DNA of 64,000 nucleotides. It comes from Actinomycetales bacterium (GTDB lineage Bacteria; Actinomycetota; Actinomycetes; JAJZTN01). This document shows, in pieces, positions 1-9,770 of the stretch; positions within the stretch are counted from its first letter, which is position 1; each line of letters opens with the position of its first letter. The position numbers were made by a program, and so were the translations under genes. Under the pieces are notes generated by a model. That model did not search any database and was not told where the DNA came from. It saw nothing but the letters and a program-made list of their open reading frames with translations. Location of the stretch: the NCBI GenBank assembly GCA_051960855.1, contig JBQCDV010000207.1:146-64145 (forward strand). The letters run 5' to 3'.

Positions 1-3
1 CGC

Positions 4-522
4 TTGTTCGTCGGCCGCACAACGTTCGTCAGCGCGCGCGACGAGCTCGTGCAGTCACTCGGGGCCCATCTCGAGGCCGAGGAGGTGGTGGTGCACCGGG
101 CCGCTGCCGCGAAGGGTGCCCCGTCTGAGCTGCTGGTGTCGGCACGCGAGATAGCCGAGGAGCTGCGCCAGGCGCTCAGTGAGCTCGCCACGGTGCCGGA
201 ACGCCACCAGGGCGGCGACCTCGACACACGCCTGCTCGGCCTGCTGAAGAGCCACATCGAGGTCGAGGACGAGATCGGGGAGACGTTGGCGGGCGGCTTG
301 CCGGAGGCGATGCGCCGCCTGGGAGGTGACTACGGCAGGGCTCGAGACGCGGCAGCCGCTCGACTCCGCCGCACGACGGTCGTGCCGCGGCGGCTCGACC
401 GACCCCGGACAGAGCTCTACGAGATGGCGCGCAGGGTCGGGGTCGAGGGCCGCACCCGCATGAGCCGCGAGCAGCTCATCCAGGCGCTGCTCGACCACGA
501 GGCGCTCAAGGTCGCTCGCTAG
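4..522 (+). CDS. Rho termination factor N-terminal domain-containing protein (probably 5'-truncated at window edge)
   Basis: C-terminal motif ELYEMARRVGVEGRTRMSREQLIQAL resembles the Rho_N domain signature. The ORF begins at the window edge, so the called start is not reliable. Confidence 0.45.
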   Translation: MFVGRTTFVSARDELVQSLGAHLEAEEVVVHRAAAAKGAPSELLVSAREIAEELRQALSELATVPERHQGGDLDTRLLGLLKSHIEVEDEIGETLAGGLPEAMRRLGGDYGRARDAAAARLRRTTVVPRRLDRPRTELYEMARRVGVEGRTRMSREQLIQALLDHEALKVAR

Positions 523-884
523 CGCCCCATTTCTGGCGCCTCCACCCCACCGCCAACGCATGGGCGGCGGCCCCGCGGCGGCTGAGCTCCATGAGCGCTG
601 TCGCGCCGCAGTCGGCGGCCCCACCCAACTGCTTGCCGTGTGGCGCCCACTTCCACCCCTAGGTGTTTGTTGCGCTTAAACGTGGAGAAGTGTCCGATTC
701 GTCAGGGAGGTGCTGAAGACAGCGGCACACCAGGGTTGGGGCTCGCAAAGCCCCCAGGCCCGACCACCCGGGCTGGCCCGCCCGGCACCCGCCCCGCACC
801 CGCGGGGGCTGGGACACGAGTTCCACACGAGCCGCCGGAGGTCGCGATGACCGCACGATCTGCCTGTCAGGCAGGACTCTCGCG

Positions 885-2525
885 GTGAAGGTCCTCGGCA
901 TCAACTCGCTGTTCCACGACCCGTCGGCTGCCCTCGTCATCGACGGAGTGACGGTCGCGGCGGCGGAAGAGGAGCGCTTCTCCCGTCGCAAGCACGGCCA
1001 CCGTCCCGTCCCCTTCGCGGCGTGGGAGCTGCCGGAGCTCGCCGCCCGCTGGTGCCTCGAGAGCGCCGGCCTCGCTCCGTCCGATCTCGACGTCGTCGCC
1101 TACTCCTACGATCCCTCGCTCGCGGTGGCAGCGGACGACCTCGGCCTCAACGACCCCTGGGACTGGCTGCGGCAGCTGTACGCCGAGCGGGCGGCCGGGT
1201 TCCTCGCCTCGGCCCTGCCCGGCCTCGACCCAGCCCAGGTACGCCACGTGCCCCACCACGTCGCCCATGCCGCGAGCGCCGGCCTGGCCGGCCTCGGTGG
1301 CGACGGAGCGGTCCTCGTGCTGGACGGCCGCGGCGAGCAGGCGAGCTCCTTGCTGGGGCACTACCGCGACGGCAAGCTCGACGTGCTGGCCACACAGCCT
1401 CTCCCCCACAGTGTCGGCTTCCTGTTCGAGGACCTCACCGAGCACCTCGGCTTCCTGCGCTCCAGCGACGAGTACAAGGTGATGGCCCTCGCCAGCCACG
1501 GCACGCCGCGCTTCCTCGACCTCTTCCGTGAGCGCCTCACGACCGACGGCTCCGGCGGCTTCCGCGTCAACCGACTGCATGGCTCAGACCTCGGCGAGCT
1601 CGTGCCGGCACGCCACCCGGACGAGCCATGGCAGCAGGCCCACGCCGACCTCGCGGCCAGCGCCCAGCGCCGGCTGGAGGAGCTGCTGCTCGAGCTGGGC
1701 GGGTGGCTGCACGAGCAGACCGGCGCCCTCCGGGTAGGGCTCGCCGGCGGCGTCGCCCTCAACTGCGTCGCCAACTCGGTGCTCGCCACTCGCGGCCCCT
1801 TCGAGCAGGTCTGGGTGCAACCGGCCGCCGGCGATGCTGGCACTGCGCTCGGCGCGGCCCTCAGCGTCGTCGCTGAGCACGGCCAGCCGGTGCAGCCCTT
1901 CACCGGAGCCGACCTCGGTCGCAGTTGGGACGACGGAGCGCTCGAGACGGAGCTTCGGCGCAGCGGCCTCGCGTGGCAGCGTCCACGGGACATCGCCGAG
2001 GCGTGTGCCGAGGTCCTAGCCGCCGACGGCATCGTGGCCTGGTACCAGGGACGCTCCGAGTTCGGCCCGCGCGCGCTGGGACACCGCAGCCTGCTGGCCC
2101 ATCCGGGACCCGCCGTGAACCTCGACCGCCTCAACGACATCAAGGGACGTGAGTCCTTCCGCCCCGTGGCGCCGATGGTGCTGGAGGAGCGGGCGGGCGA
2201 CATCTTCAGCGGGCCGCTTCCCAGCCCCTACATGCTCTTCGTGCACGACGTCGCGCCGGAGTGGCGCGACCGTGTAGCCGCTGTCGTCCATGTCGACGGC
2301 ACTGCCCGTGTGCAGACAGTCGGAGCCTCGGAACCCTTGCTACGCAAGCTTCTCGGCGCGTTCGAGACTCGGACCGGACTTCCAGTCCTCGTCAACACCA
2401 GCCTCAACACGGCGGGACGTCCCATGGTCGACTCACCGCAGGACGCTCTCGAGTGCTTCGGTTCTGCCCCGATCGACGCCCTCGCCCTCGGTCCCTTCCT
2501 CGTGCGCAAGGCGGCGGTGGCATGA
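885..2525 (+). CDS. Carbamoyltransferase, NodU/CmcH family
   Basis: The N-terminus (MKVLGINSLFHDPSAALV...) and the protein as a whole fit NodU/CmcH O-carbamoyltransferases. The stop overlaps the next gene's ATG (ATGA at 2522-2525). Confidence 0.8.
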   Translation: MKVLGINSLFHDPSAALVIDGVTVAAAEEERFSRRKHGHRPVPFAAWELPELAARWCLESAGLAPSDLDVVAYSYDPSLAVAADDLGLNDPWDWLRQLYAERAAGFLASALPGLDPAQVRHVPHHVAHAASAGLAGLGGDGAVLVLDGRGEQASSLLGHYRDGKLDVLATQPLPHSVGFLFEDLTEHLGFLRSSDEYKVMALASHGTPRFLDLFRERLTTDGSGGFRVNRLHGSDLGELVPARHPDEPWQQAHADLAASAQRRLEELLLELGGWLHEQTGALRVGLAGGVALNCVANSVLATRGPFEQVWVQPAAGDAGTALGAALSVVAEHGQPVQPFTGADLGRSWDDGALETELRRSGLAWQRPRDIAEACAEVLAADGIVAWYQGRSEFGPRALGHRSLLAHPGPAVNLDRLNDIKGRESFRPVAPMVLEERAGDIFSGPLPSPYMLFVHDVAPEWRDRVAAVVHVDGTARVQTVGASEPLLRKLLGAFETRTGLPVLVNTSLNTAGRPMVDSPQDALECFGSAPIDALALGPFLVRKAAVA

Positions 2526-4054
2526 CGAACGCCGCTGCGTCCCTCACCTACGTCGTCGTCATTCCCGCGACGCGCCCCCCGCTCGTCACTCGTGTGCTCG
2601 CATCCCTGACGGCGCAGGGAGTTCCGGCCTCGCAGGTGGTCGTGGTCGATGACAGCGCGGACGCGTCGGTGGGCGCCGCGCTGGCGCGGAGCGAGGTCAA
2701 CGTCGTTCGAGGGCCTCGGCGCGGACCTGCGGCCGCCCGGAACACGGGGTGGCGGGAGGCGACGAAGGCGGGGCGGGTTGACTGGGTCGTCTTCCTCGAC
2801 GACGACGTCATCCCTTCCCCGCGCTGGGCCACGGAGCTGGTAGCGGACCTCGCCGACGCTGCCGGGGATGTTGCGGGGATCACTGCTCGCCTTAGCGTCC
2901 CACTGACGACAAGCCGGCCTAACGACTGGGAGCGGCAGACGCAGGCCCTCGAGACGGCTTCGTGGATCACCGCTGATATGGCCTACCGGGTCGAGGTGCT
3001 TCTGGCGACGGGCGGCTTCGACGAGCGATTCCCGCGTGCCTTCCGAGAGGACAGCGACCTCGCCCTGCGCGTGCTCGCGGCCGGTTGGCGCGTCACGCAG
3101 GGTCGCCGGGAGACCGCTCACCCGGTCCGGCCCGCCCCCTGGCACGTGAGCCTGTCGCGTCAGGCCGGAAACGCCGACAACGCCCTGATGCGTCGCCTGC
3201 ATGGCCGGGACTGGCGGTCGCTCTCCGACAACCCATCCAGTCCGCTCCCCGCGTACGGCCTCACGATCGCCGCTCTGGCTGTCGGTGCAGCCGGCGCAGC
3301 CACGGCCGCTGCCTCCCCTGACCGCCGCAGGCTGGCGGGCACCGTTGCTGCGCTGGGGCTGGCGTGGTGGCTGCAGCGCACCGCCGGCTTCGCCTGGCGG
3401 CGGATCGCTCCCGGCCCTCGCACCGCAACCGATATCGCCGCCATGGCTGTCACCAGCGCGCTGATCCCGCCGCTGGCGCTCTGGCACCGGCTGCGCGGTG
3501 AGCTGCGACACCGCCACGTCCAGCCCGCGCTGCCCCCCGTGCGCGCCGTGCTCTTCGACAAGGACGGCACGCTCGTCCATGACGTCCCCTACAACGGCGA
3601 CCCGGAGCTGGTGCAGCCGGTGGCGGATGCCCACCGGAGCGTCCAGCGGCTGCGCGAGGCAGGACTGCGACTCGGCTTGGTTTCCAACCAGTCCGGCATC
3701 GCCCGGGGCCTGCTCGACCGCTCCCAGGTGGAGGCCGTGCTGGCCCGCACCGCCGAGCTCGTCGGACCCTTCGACACGGTGCACATCTGCCCCCACGACG
3801 ACTCCGCCGGCTGCGCGTGCCGTAAGCCGAAGCCGGGGATGGTGCTCGACGCTGCGCGGGCGCTGGGAGTGCCACCGCAGCAGTGCGTGGTCGTCGGCGA
3901 CATCGGCGCCGATGTCGGAGCGGCACTGGCTGCCGGGGCACGTGCGGTGCTCGTGCCGACCGCTGCTACCCGTCGCGAGGAGAGGCAGTCCGCCCCCCAC
4001 CGTGCGGACACCCTCACCGAGGCTGTCGACCTCATCCTGGGAGGTCGGGTATGA
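2522..4054 (+). CDS. gmhB: Bifunctional GT2 glycosyltransferase / D-glycero-D-manno-heptose 1,7-bisphosphate phosphatase (GmhB-like HAD-IIIA) fusion
   Basis: The N-terminal half is GT2-like (VVVIPATRP...VVVVDDSADA, DxD in VVFLDDDV). It is followed by hydrophobic helices. The C-terminal half has the HAD motif FDKDGTLV and the GmhB zinc motif CPHDDSAGCACRKP. The start ATG (MTNAAAS) overlaps the previous stop. Confidence 0.75.
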   Translation: MTNAAASLTYVVVIPATRPPLVTRVLASLTAQGVPASQVVVVDDSADASVGAALARSEVNVVRGPRRGPAAARNTGWREATKAGRVDWVVFLDDDVIPSPRWATELVADLADAAGDVAGITARLSVPLTTSRPNDWERQTQALETASWITADMAYRVEVLLATGGFDERFPRAFREDSDLALRVLAAGWRVTQGRRETAHPVRPAPWHVSLSRQAGNADNALMRRLHGRDWRSLSDNPSSPLPAYGLTIAALAVGAAGAATAAASPDRRRLAGTVAALGLAWWLQRTAGFAWRRIAPGPRTATDIAAMAVTSALIPPLALWHRLRGELRHRHVQPALPPVRAVLFDKDGTLVHDVPYNGDPELVQPVADAHRSVQRLREAGLRLGLVSNQSGIARGLLDRSQVEAVLARTAELVGPFDTVHICPHDDSAGCACRKPKPGMVLDAARALGVPPQQCVVVGDIGADVGAALAAGARAVLVPTAATRREERQSAPHRADTLTEAVDLILGGRV

Positions 4055-5202
4055 GCCGGCCACCCTCGACCCACTCCTCGAGCCGACCCCATGTCCTCGT
4101 AGTCCGGCTCGACAGCGCCGGCGACGTGCTGCTCACGGGTCCGGCGATCCGTGCCGTCGCGGCGGGCGCCCGCCGGGTGACCGCCCTCGTCGGTCCGGGT
4201 GGCGCGGCTGCGGCGGCCCTCCTTCCGGGCGTCGACGAGACCGTGGTCTGGGAGTGCCCCTGGATCGTGGGAGACCCGGAGGCGGTCGCCCCCGACGACA
4301 TCGGCGACATCGTGAGCCGGCTGTCGGTCCTCGACTGCGACGAAGCCGTCATCTTCACGTCCTTCCACCAGTCGCCACTGCCGACCGCGCTCGTGCTGCG
4401 GCTGGCCGGCGTCCCGCGGATCAGCGCGACGAGCGTCGACTACCCCGGCTCCCTGCTCGACGTACGACACCGCCCGCAGCCCACCGACGGACCGCACGAG
4501 GTGGAGTTCTGCCTGTCGACGGCGCGCGCCGCCGGCTTCGAGCTCCCGAACGACGATGCTGGCCTGCTCGCCGTCCGCGGGCCGCTGCCCGACGTGACTC
4601 ACCTGCTCGCCGACCCGAGCGGGACCGACGCTCCTCGCGTCGCCCTCCACGTCGGCGCCAGCGTCCCGGCACGCAGCCCCGAACCGGCCTCCCTCGCGCA
4701 GGCGGCGACGCTGCTGGCCGGCCGCGGCTGGGACGTCGTGGTCACGGGCGGCCCTGCCGAGATCGCACTGGCCGCCGAGGTCGCCGGGGAGGCAGCCCGG
4801 TCGCTCGCGGGCCGCACGAGCCTCGGCGAGCTGGCCGCCGTCCTGGCGCAGTCAGATGTCGTCGTGTCGGGCAACACGGGGCCCGCGCACCTGGCCGCAG
4901 CCGTCGGGACACCGGTGGTGTCGCTGTTCGCCCCCGTCGTGCCCCTCGAACGGTGGCGCCCGTGGGGCGTCCCGACCGTCGTTCTCGGCGACCTCCACGC
5001 GTCGTGCCGCGACACCCGGTCCCGGGTCTGCCCGATACCCGGCCACCCCTGTCTGTCCGGCGTCAGCGGCAGCCAGATCGCAGCGGCGGTCGAGTCGCTG
5101 CTCTCCCCGTCCTCGCTCGGCGACGCGTCGTCAGCGTCCTCAGGGTCGTCCCCCACCACCGCGGTCCCGGCGACCGCGCCATCCATGGAAGGAGCACGGT
5201 GA
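4051..5202 (+). CDS. Glycosyltransferase family 9 (ADP-heptose:acceptor heptosyltransferase-like)
   Basis: GT9 hallmarks are present: HVLVVRLDSAGDVLLTGPAIRAV near the N-terminus and SGNTGPAHLAAAVGTPVVSLF near the C-terminus. ATGA overlap at 4051-4054. Confidence 0.75.
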   Translation: MSRPPSTHSSSRPHVLVVRLDSAGDVLLTGPAIRAVAAGARRVTALVGPGGAAAAALLPGVDETVVWECPWIVGDPEAVAPDDIGDIVSRLSVLDCDEAVIFTSFHQSPLPTALVLRLAGVPRISATSVDYPGSLLDVRHRPQPTDGPHEVEFCLSTARAAGFELPNDDAGLLAVRGPLPDVTHLLADPSGTDAPRVALHVGASVPARSPEPASLAQAATLLAGRGWDVVVTGGPAEIALAAEVAGEAARSLAGRTSLGELAAVLAQSDVVVSGNTGPAHLAAAVGTPVVSLFAPVVPLERWRPWGVPTVVLGDLHASCRDTRSRVCPIPGHPCLSGVSGSQIAAAVESLLSPSSLGDASSASSGSSPTTAVPATAPSMEGAR

Positions 5203-6161
5203 GGATCCTCGTCTGGCACGTCCACGGCTCATGGACGACCGCCTTCGTCTCCGGGTCGCACACGTACCTGCTGCCGACCCTGCCCGAGCGCGGCGCCTGG
5301 GGCGGTGGGCGGTCCACCTCCTGGGACTGGCCGGCCTCCGCGGTCGAGGTCCCCGCCGACCAGCTGGCGACGACCGACGTGGACGTCGTGATCCTGCAGC
5401 GGCCGGAGGAGCTCGAGCTCGCGGAGCGCTGGCTGGGACGCCGGCTGGGCCGTGAGATCCCCGCGGTCTACGTCGAGCACAACACCCCCAAGGGCGACGT
5501 CCCCTCGACCCGACACCCGCTGGCGGACCGGTCCGACATCCCGATCGCGCACGTGACGTGGTTCAACGCCGCGATGTGGGACAACGGCCGCGCTCCCGTC
5601 ACCGTCATCGAGCACGGGATCCCCGATCCGGGCGCGCGCTGGACCGGCAACGACGTTCGGGTCGCCTGCTCCATCAACGAGCCCATCCGACGCACCCGCG
5701 TCGCAGGCACCGACCTGCTGCCGCGGTTTGCCGAGATCGCTCCGGTGGACGTGTACGGCATCGGCACGGCCGGCCTCGGCGAGCACCTCGGGCTGCCGCC
5801 GGACCGGCTCGGAGAGTTCGACGTCCAGCAGGACGAGCTCTACCGGCAGCTGGCCGAGCACCGTGTCTACCTGCACCCGTACCGGTGGACCAGCCTGGGG
5901 CTCTCCCTGCTGGAGGCGATGCACCTGGGCATGCCGGTGGTCGTGCTCGGCACGACGGAGGCCTACGAAGCGGTGCCGCCCGAGGCCGGCGTCTGCACCA
6001 CGAAGGTGCCGGACCTGCTGGATGCAGTCCGCACCTACTGCAAGGACCACGACGCCGCGCGGGACGCGGGTCGTGCCGCCCGAGAGGCGGTGCTGCGCCG
6101 CTACGGCCTGGCCCGCTTCCTCTCCGACTGGGACCGACTACTCCTGGAGGTGACCCGATGA
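5199..6161 (+). CDS. Glycosyltransferase (GT4/GT1-like)
   Basis: A GTG start overlaps the upstream stop (GTGA at 5199-5202). The C-terminal half resembles retaining GT-B glycosyltransferases (EAMHLGMPVVV...). Confidence 0.6.
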   Translation: MRILVWHVHGSWTTAFVSGSHTYLLPTLPERGAWGGGRSTSWDWPASAVEVPADQLATTDVDVVILQRPEELELAERWLGRRLGREIPAVYVEHNTPKGDVPSTRHPLADRSDIPIAHVTWFNAAMWDNGRAPVTVIEHGIPDPGARWTGNDVRVACSINEPIRRTRVAGTDLLPRFAEIAPVDVYGIGTAGLGEHLGLPPDRLGEFDVQQDELYRQLAEHRVYLHPYRWTSLGLSLLEAMHLGMPVVVLGTTEAYEAVPPEAGVCTTKVPDLLDAVRTYCKDHDAARDAGRAAREAVLRRYGLARFLSDWDRLLLEVTR

Positions 6162-7402
6162 GGATCGCGATGGTGTCAGAGCACGCCAGCCCGCTAGCTG
6201 TGCTGGGCGGCGTGGACGCCGGCGGCCAGAACGTCCACGTGGCCGACCTGTCACGCGCCCTCGCCCGCGCGGGTCACGAGGTGACGGTGTACACGCGCCG
6301 CGACGATGAGGCGTTGGCCGACAAGGTCAAGCTGTGCAAGGGCGTCACCGTCGAGCACGTGACCGCGGGACCGGCGGCCGCGCTGCCGAAGGACGAGCTG
6401 CTGCCCTACATGGACGAGTTCGGCGACGAGCTCGCGCGCCGCTGGTCGAAGAAGGCGCCGGACCTGGTGCACACCCACTTCTGGATGTCGGGGCTGGCCG
6501 GCCTGCGGGCACGGGAGCACACCGGCGTCCCGGTCGTGCACACCTATCACGCGCTGGGCCTGACCAAGCGTCGGCACCAAGGCGCCGCGGACACCAGTCC
6601 CGTCGAGCGTGTGGACCTGGAGGCACACCTCGCGCGGTCGGTTGACCACATCGTGGCGACCGCCACCGAGGAGGCCTTCGAGCTGCGGCGGATGGGCGCC
6701 CGGCGCGACCAGATCACGATCGTGCCGTGCGGCGTCGACGTCGAGAGGTTCACACCGCACGGTCCCGTCGCGCCCCGCGGCAGCAGTCCGCGCATCCTGT
6801 CACTCGGGCGTCTGGTCGAGCGCAAAGGCGTCGACATGATCATCACCGCACTGCGGATGGTGCCCGACGCCGAGCTGGTGATCGCCGGTGGCCCCGACCA
6901 GCACGAGCTGGACCACGACGCGGACGCCCAACGTCTGATGGCCGCTGCGGCCGCTGCCGGTGTCGCCGGGCGCGTGCACCTGGTGGGCCGGGTCAGCCGA
7001 GAGGAGGCGCCGGCGCTGATCCGCTCCGCCGACGTCGTCGTCTGCGTGCCCTGGTACGAGCCCTTCGGCATCGTCCCGCTCGAGGCCATGGCCTGCGCCC
7101 GCCCCGTCGTCGCGGCGGCCGTGGGCGGTCTCGCGGACACGGTGGTCAACGGTGTGACCGGCGTCCTCGTCCCCCCCAAGCGACCGCAGGAGCTCGCGAT
7201 GGTGCTCCGGCGCCTGCTCGCCGACGACATGGAGCGCGAGGGGATGGGTCAGGCGGGGCTCGACCGCGTGCTCGCCCGCTACTCGTGGGAGCGCGTGGCC
7301 CACGAGACCGAGGCCGTCTACCAGGGCCTCGGCCTGGCCGAACGACGCCTCACCGCGACGGTCGACCTGCGGGAGGCCGTTCCGGCTGGGGCCGCCCGAT
7401 GA
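6158..7402 (+). CDS. Glycosyltransferase family 4 (MshA-like GT-B)
   Basis: GT4 sequence features are present: MRIAMVSEHASPL...GGQNVHVADLSRALARAGHEVTVYT and a C-terminal EPFGIVPLEAMACARPVVAAAVGGLADTV. The start ATG overlaps the previous stop. Confidence 0.8.
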   Translation: MRIAMVSEHASPLAVLGGVDAGGQNVHVADLSRALARAGHEVTVYTRRDDEALADKVKLCKGVTVEHVTAGPAAALPKDELLPYMDEFGDELARRWSKKAPDLVHTHFWMSGLAGLRAREHTGVPVVHTYHALGLTKRRHQGAADTSPVERVDLEAHLARSVDHIVATATEEAFELRRMGARRDQITIVPCGVDVERFTPHGPVAPRGSSPRILSLGRLVERKGVDMIITALRMVPDAELVIAGGPDQHELDHDADAQRLMAAAAAAGVAGRVHLVGRVSREEAPALIRSADVVVCVPWYEPFGIVPLEAMACARPVVAAAVGGLADTVVNGVTGVLVPPKRPQELAMVLRRLLADDMEREGMGQAGLDRVLARYSWERVAHETEAVYQGLGLAERRLTATVDLREAVPAGAAR

Positions 7403-8106
7403 GCCGGCACCCGCGCGGCGTGCGGGCCGGCGGCTGCGGTGACGGCGGCGAAGGCCCCCCGCGGGCGTTCGCGCGCCCCGGCCAGCACGCTCGTGATCTG
7501 GCCGCGGTGCTGGAGCGCTCGGCGTCTCAGCTCGACCTGCTCGCCGCTCGCGGCGCCGTGCTGGCCGCCCGGCTGCGCGATGGCGCCCGGCTCATCGCCG
7601 CCGGCAACGGCGGCAGTGCGGCGGAGGCCCAGCACCTCACCGCCGAGCTGGTGGGCCGGCTGCGCGACGACCGCGCCCCGATGTCCGCGATCGCGCTGTG
7701 CGCGGAGACCTCCAGCCTCACCGCGATCGTCAACGACTACGGCTCCGATGCGATGTTCGCCCGGCAGGTCCTGGCCCACGGGCGACCCGGCGACGTCGTC
7801 CTGCTGCTCTCGACGTCCGGCTCCAGCAGCAACCTGCTGTCGGCCGCCGACGCCGCGAAGAGCGCCGGCATCGAGGTGTGGTCCTTCACCGGACCGGACC
7901 CCAACCCGCTGGCCGCCATGTCCGACTGGTCGCTGTGCATCGACGCCCCCGACTCGGCCACCATCCAGGAGGTTCATCTCGTCGCGGTGCACGCGCTGTG
8001 CGCCGCGGTCGACGTCGAGCTCGGCGTGGCACCGTGGGCCGGTGAGGCAGCCGCAACCCCGCAGGTCGTCGACCTGCGCGAGCCGGCCTCCGAGGTCGCC
8101 CGGTGA
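7399..8106 (+). CDS. gmhA: D-sedoheptulose-7-phosphate isomerase GmhA (SIS domain)
   Basis: SIS/GmhA motifs are present: IAAGNGGSAAEAQHLTAELVGR, DVVLLLSTSGSSSNLL. ATGA overlap with the previous gene. Confidence 0.75.
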   Translation: MSRHPRGVRAGGCGDGGEGPPRAFARPGQHARDLAAVLERSASQLDLLAARGAVLAARLRDGARLIAAGNGGSAAEAQHLTAELVGRLRDDRAPMSAIALCAETSSLTAIVNDYGSDAMFARQVLAHGRPGDVVLLLSTSGSSSNLLSAADAAKSAGIEVWSFTGPDPNPLAAMSDWSLCIDAPDSATIQEVHLVAVHALCAAVDVELGVAPWAGEAAATPQVVDLREPASEVAR

Positions 8107-9770
8107 CCCGCCCGACGACCGGGCCGGCGACCGGCCCCGCGGCGCACCCTGTCCGCGTCCTCGTCGTCGGGGATGCCCTCATCGACGCCGACGTGGAGGG
8201 CGCCAGCTCCCGGCTCTGCCCCGACGCTCCGGTGCCCGTCGTCGATGTCGCCCGCACCCGACGCCGTCCGGGAGGGGCAGCGCTCGCGGCGCTGCTGGCC
8301 GCGTTCGGCACCCAGGGGGGCCAGCCGGCGCAGCCGGCGCAGGGGGCACAGGAGCCGCCGGGCGACAGCCGCTTCGGTTCTCCCGCCGTCGAGGTCGCCC
8401 TCGCGTCGCCGGTGCCGGAGGCCGATCGTGAGGACCTCGCGGCCCTGCTGGGCAACCGGGTGCGGCTCGTTCCACTCGGCGCTGCGGGGCGCCTCCCGCG
8501 CAAGACGCGCATCCGGGTGAGCGGTCAGTCGCTGCTCCGGCTGGACGACGGTGTCCTCGAGACTCCCGACGACCTCAGCGCCGACGACTCGGACCGCCTG
8601 ACCGCAGAGCTGGCCGAGGCCGACGCCGTTCTGGTGTCGGACTATGGGCTGGGGGCGACGTCGCTGCCCGCCCTGCGCAAGGCCCTGTCCACGGCTGCCG
8701 CCGGACGCCCGGTCGTCTGGGACCCGCATCCCCGCGGGAGCCGCCCCACGCGGGGGACGACCGTCGTCACGCCGAACCTCAGCGAAGGACACGGCCTCGA
8801 CCCGGAGGCGAAACCGGTGCCTCAGGGACTGCCGGAGGCGAGCGCACTGGCTGCCCGGCTCCATCAGCACCTGGGCGCCGCCGTCGCCTTGACCCTCGGC
8901 TCCCGCGGAGCGCTGCTCTCGCAACCCGATGGCGGCGCCCCCCTGGTGGCGCCCTGTCCGCCGGTGAGCGGTGCCGACACCTGCGGGGCGGGCGACGCCT
9001 TCGCCTCCGCTGTCGCGGTGGCGCTGGCACAGGGCGATGAGCTTCCCGAGGCCGTCCTGAGAGCCGTGCGGCGCGCCGCGTCCTTCGTCGCCGACGGCGC
9101 AGCCGCACGCATCGGCGTGGTGACGACACCTGCGCAGCCACATCCGGACGGCGAGGCGCCGGCTGCGCCGCGGCCAGCCGAGTCCTCGACCGGTGCCGTC
9201 CCACGACTGGGGTCGCTCGAGGCTGCTGCGCCGGTCCTCGAACGCGCCCGCGTCGACGGCCGGACCATCGTGGCCGCCGGTGGCTGCTTCGACCTGCTGC
9301 ACGCCGGGCATGTCGAACTGCTGGAGGCAGCCGCGGCTCTCGGCGACGTACTCGTCGTCTGCGTCAACTCCGACAGCTCCGTGCGGCGCCTGAAGGGCCC
9401 GCAGCGGCCCGTGACGCCACAGGAGGACCGCGTCCGGCTGCTGATGGCCCTCGACTGCGTCGACGCCGTCGTCCTCTTCGACGAGGACACCCCCGAGGCC
9501 GTGCTCGCGCAGGTGCGCCCGCACCTGTGGGCCAAGGGCGCGGACTACACCGGCCGCCATCTGCCAGAGGCAGACGTCCTGGCCCAGTGGGGCGGAGAGG
9601 TCGTCCTCCTGCCGGTACTGCCCGGCCGCAGCACCACCCGGCTCATCGCTGCCGCGCGCACCGAACGACAGAGCGAGCAGACATTGGACCTGACCGACCC
9701 CGGCTCCCGGCCGGGCGGTCAGACATTGGACAGCAATTCCACAACCGAGAGGAACATTCATGTCGGCTGA
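8103..9770 (+). CDS. hldE: Bifunctional D-beta-D-heptose 7-phosphate kinase / D-beta-D-heptose 1-phosphate adenylyltransferase HldE (RfaE)
   Basis: The N-terminal half is ribokinase-like (VLVVGDALID...CGAGDAF). The C-terminal half is cytidylyltransferase-like (AGGCFDLLHAGHVELLEAAAALGD...VNSDSSVRRLKGPQRP). GTGA overlap at 8103-8106. Confidence 0.85.
   Translation: MTRPTTGPATGPAAHPVRVLVVGDALIDADVEGASSRLCPDAPVPVVDVARTRRRPGGAALAALLAAFGTQGGQPAQPAQGAQEPPGDSRFGSPAVEVALASPVPEADREDLAALLGNRVRLVPLGAAGRLPRKTRIRVSGQSLLRLDDGVLETPDDLSADDSDRLTAELAEADAVLVSDYGLGATSLPALRKALSTAAAGRPVVWDPHPRGSRPTRGTTVVTPNLSEGHGLDPEAKPVPQGLPEASALAARLHQHLGAAVALTLGSRGALLSQPDGGAPLVAPCPPVSGADTCGAGDAFASAVAVALAQGDELPEAVLRAVRRAASFVADGAAARIGVVTTPAQPHPDGEAPAAPRPAESSTGAVPRLGSLEAAAPVLERARVDGRTIVAAGGCFDLLHAGHVELLEAAAALGDVLVVCVNSDSSVRRLKGPQRPVTPQEDRVRLLMALDCVDAVVLFDEDTPEAVLAQVRPHLWAKGADYTGRHLPEADVLAQWGGEVVLLPVLPGRSTTRLIAAARTERQSEQTLDLTDPGSRPGGQTLDSNSTTERNIHVG

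Noticed and set aside
640-888. 82-aa ORF upstream of the carbamoyltransferase
   Set aside because: It is Pro/Gly/Arg-rich with no ribosome-binding site. The stretch is more likely a promoter or leader region of the glycan operon.
3498-6161. 887-aa ORF spanning several genes
   Set aside because: It is a chimeric open frame typical of high-GC DNA. Only its last third (5199-6161) has glycosyltransferase character. The upstream part overlaps the GmhB and GT9 genes in other frames.
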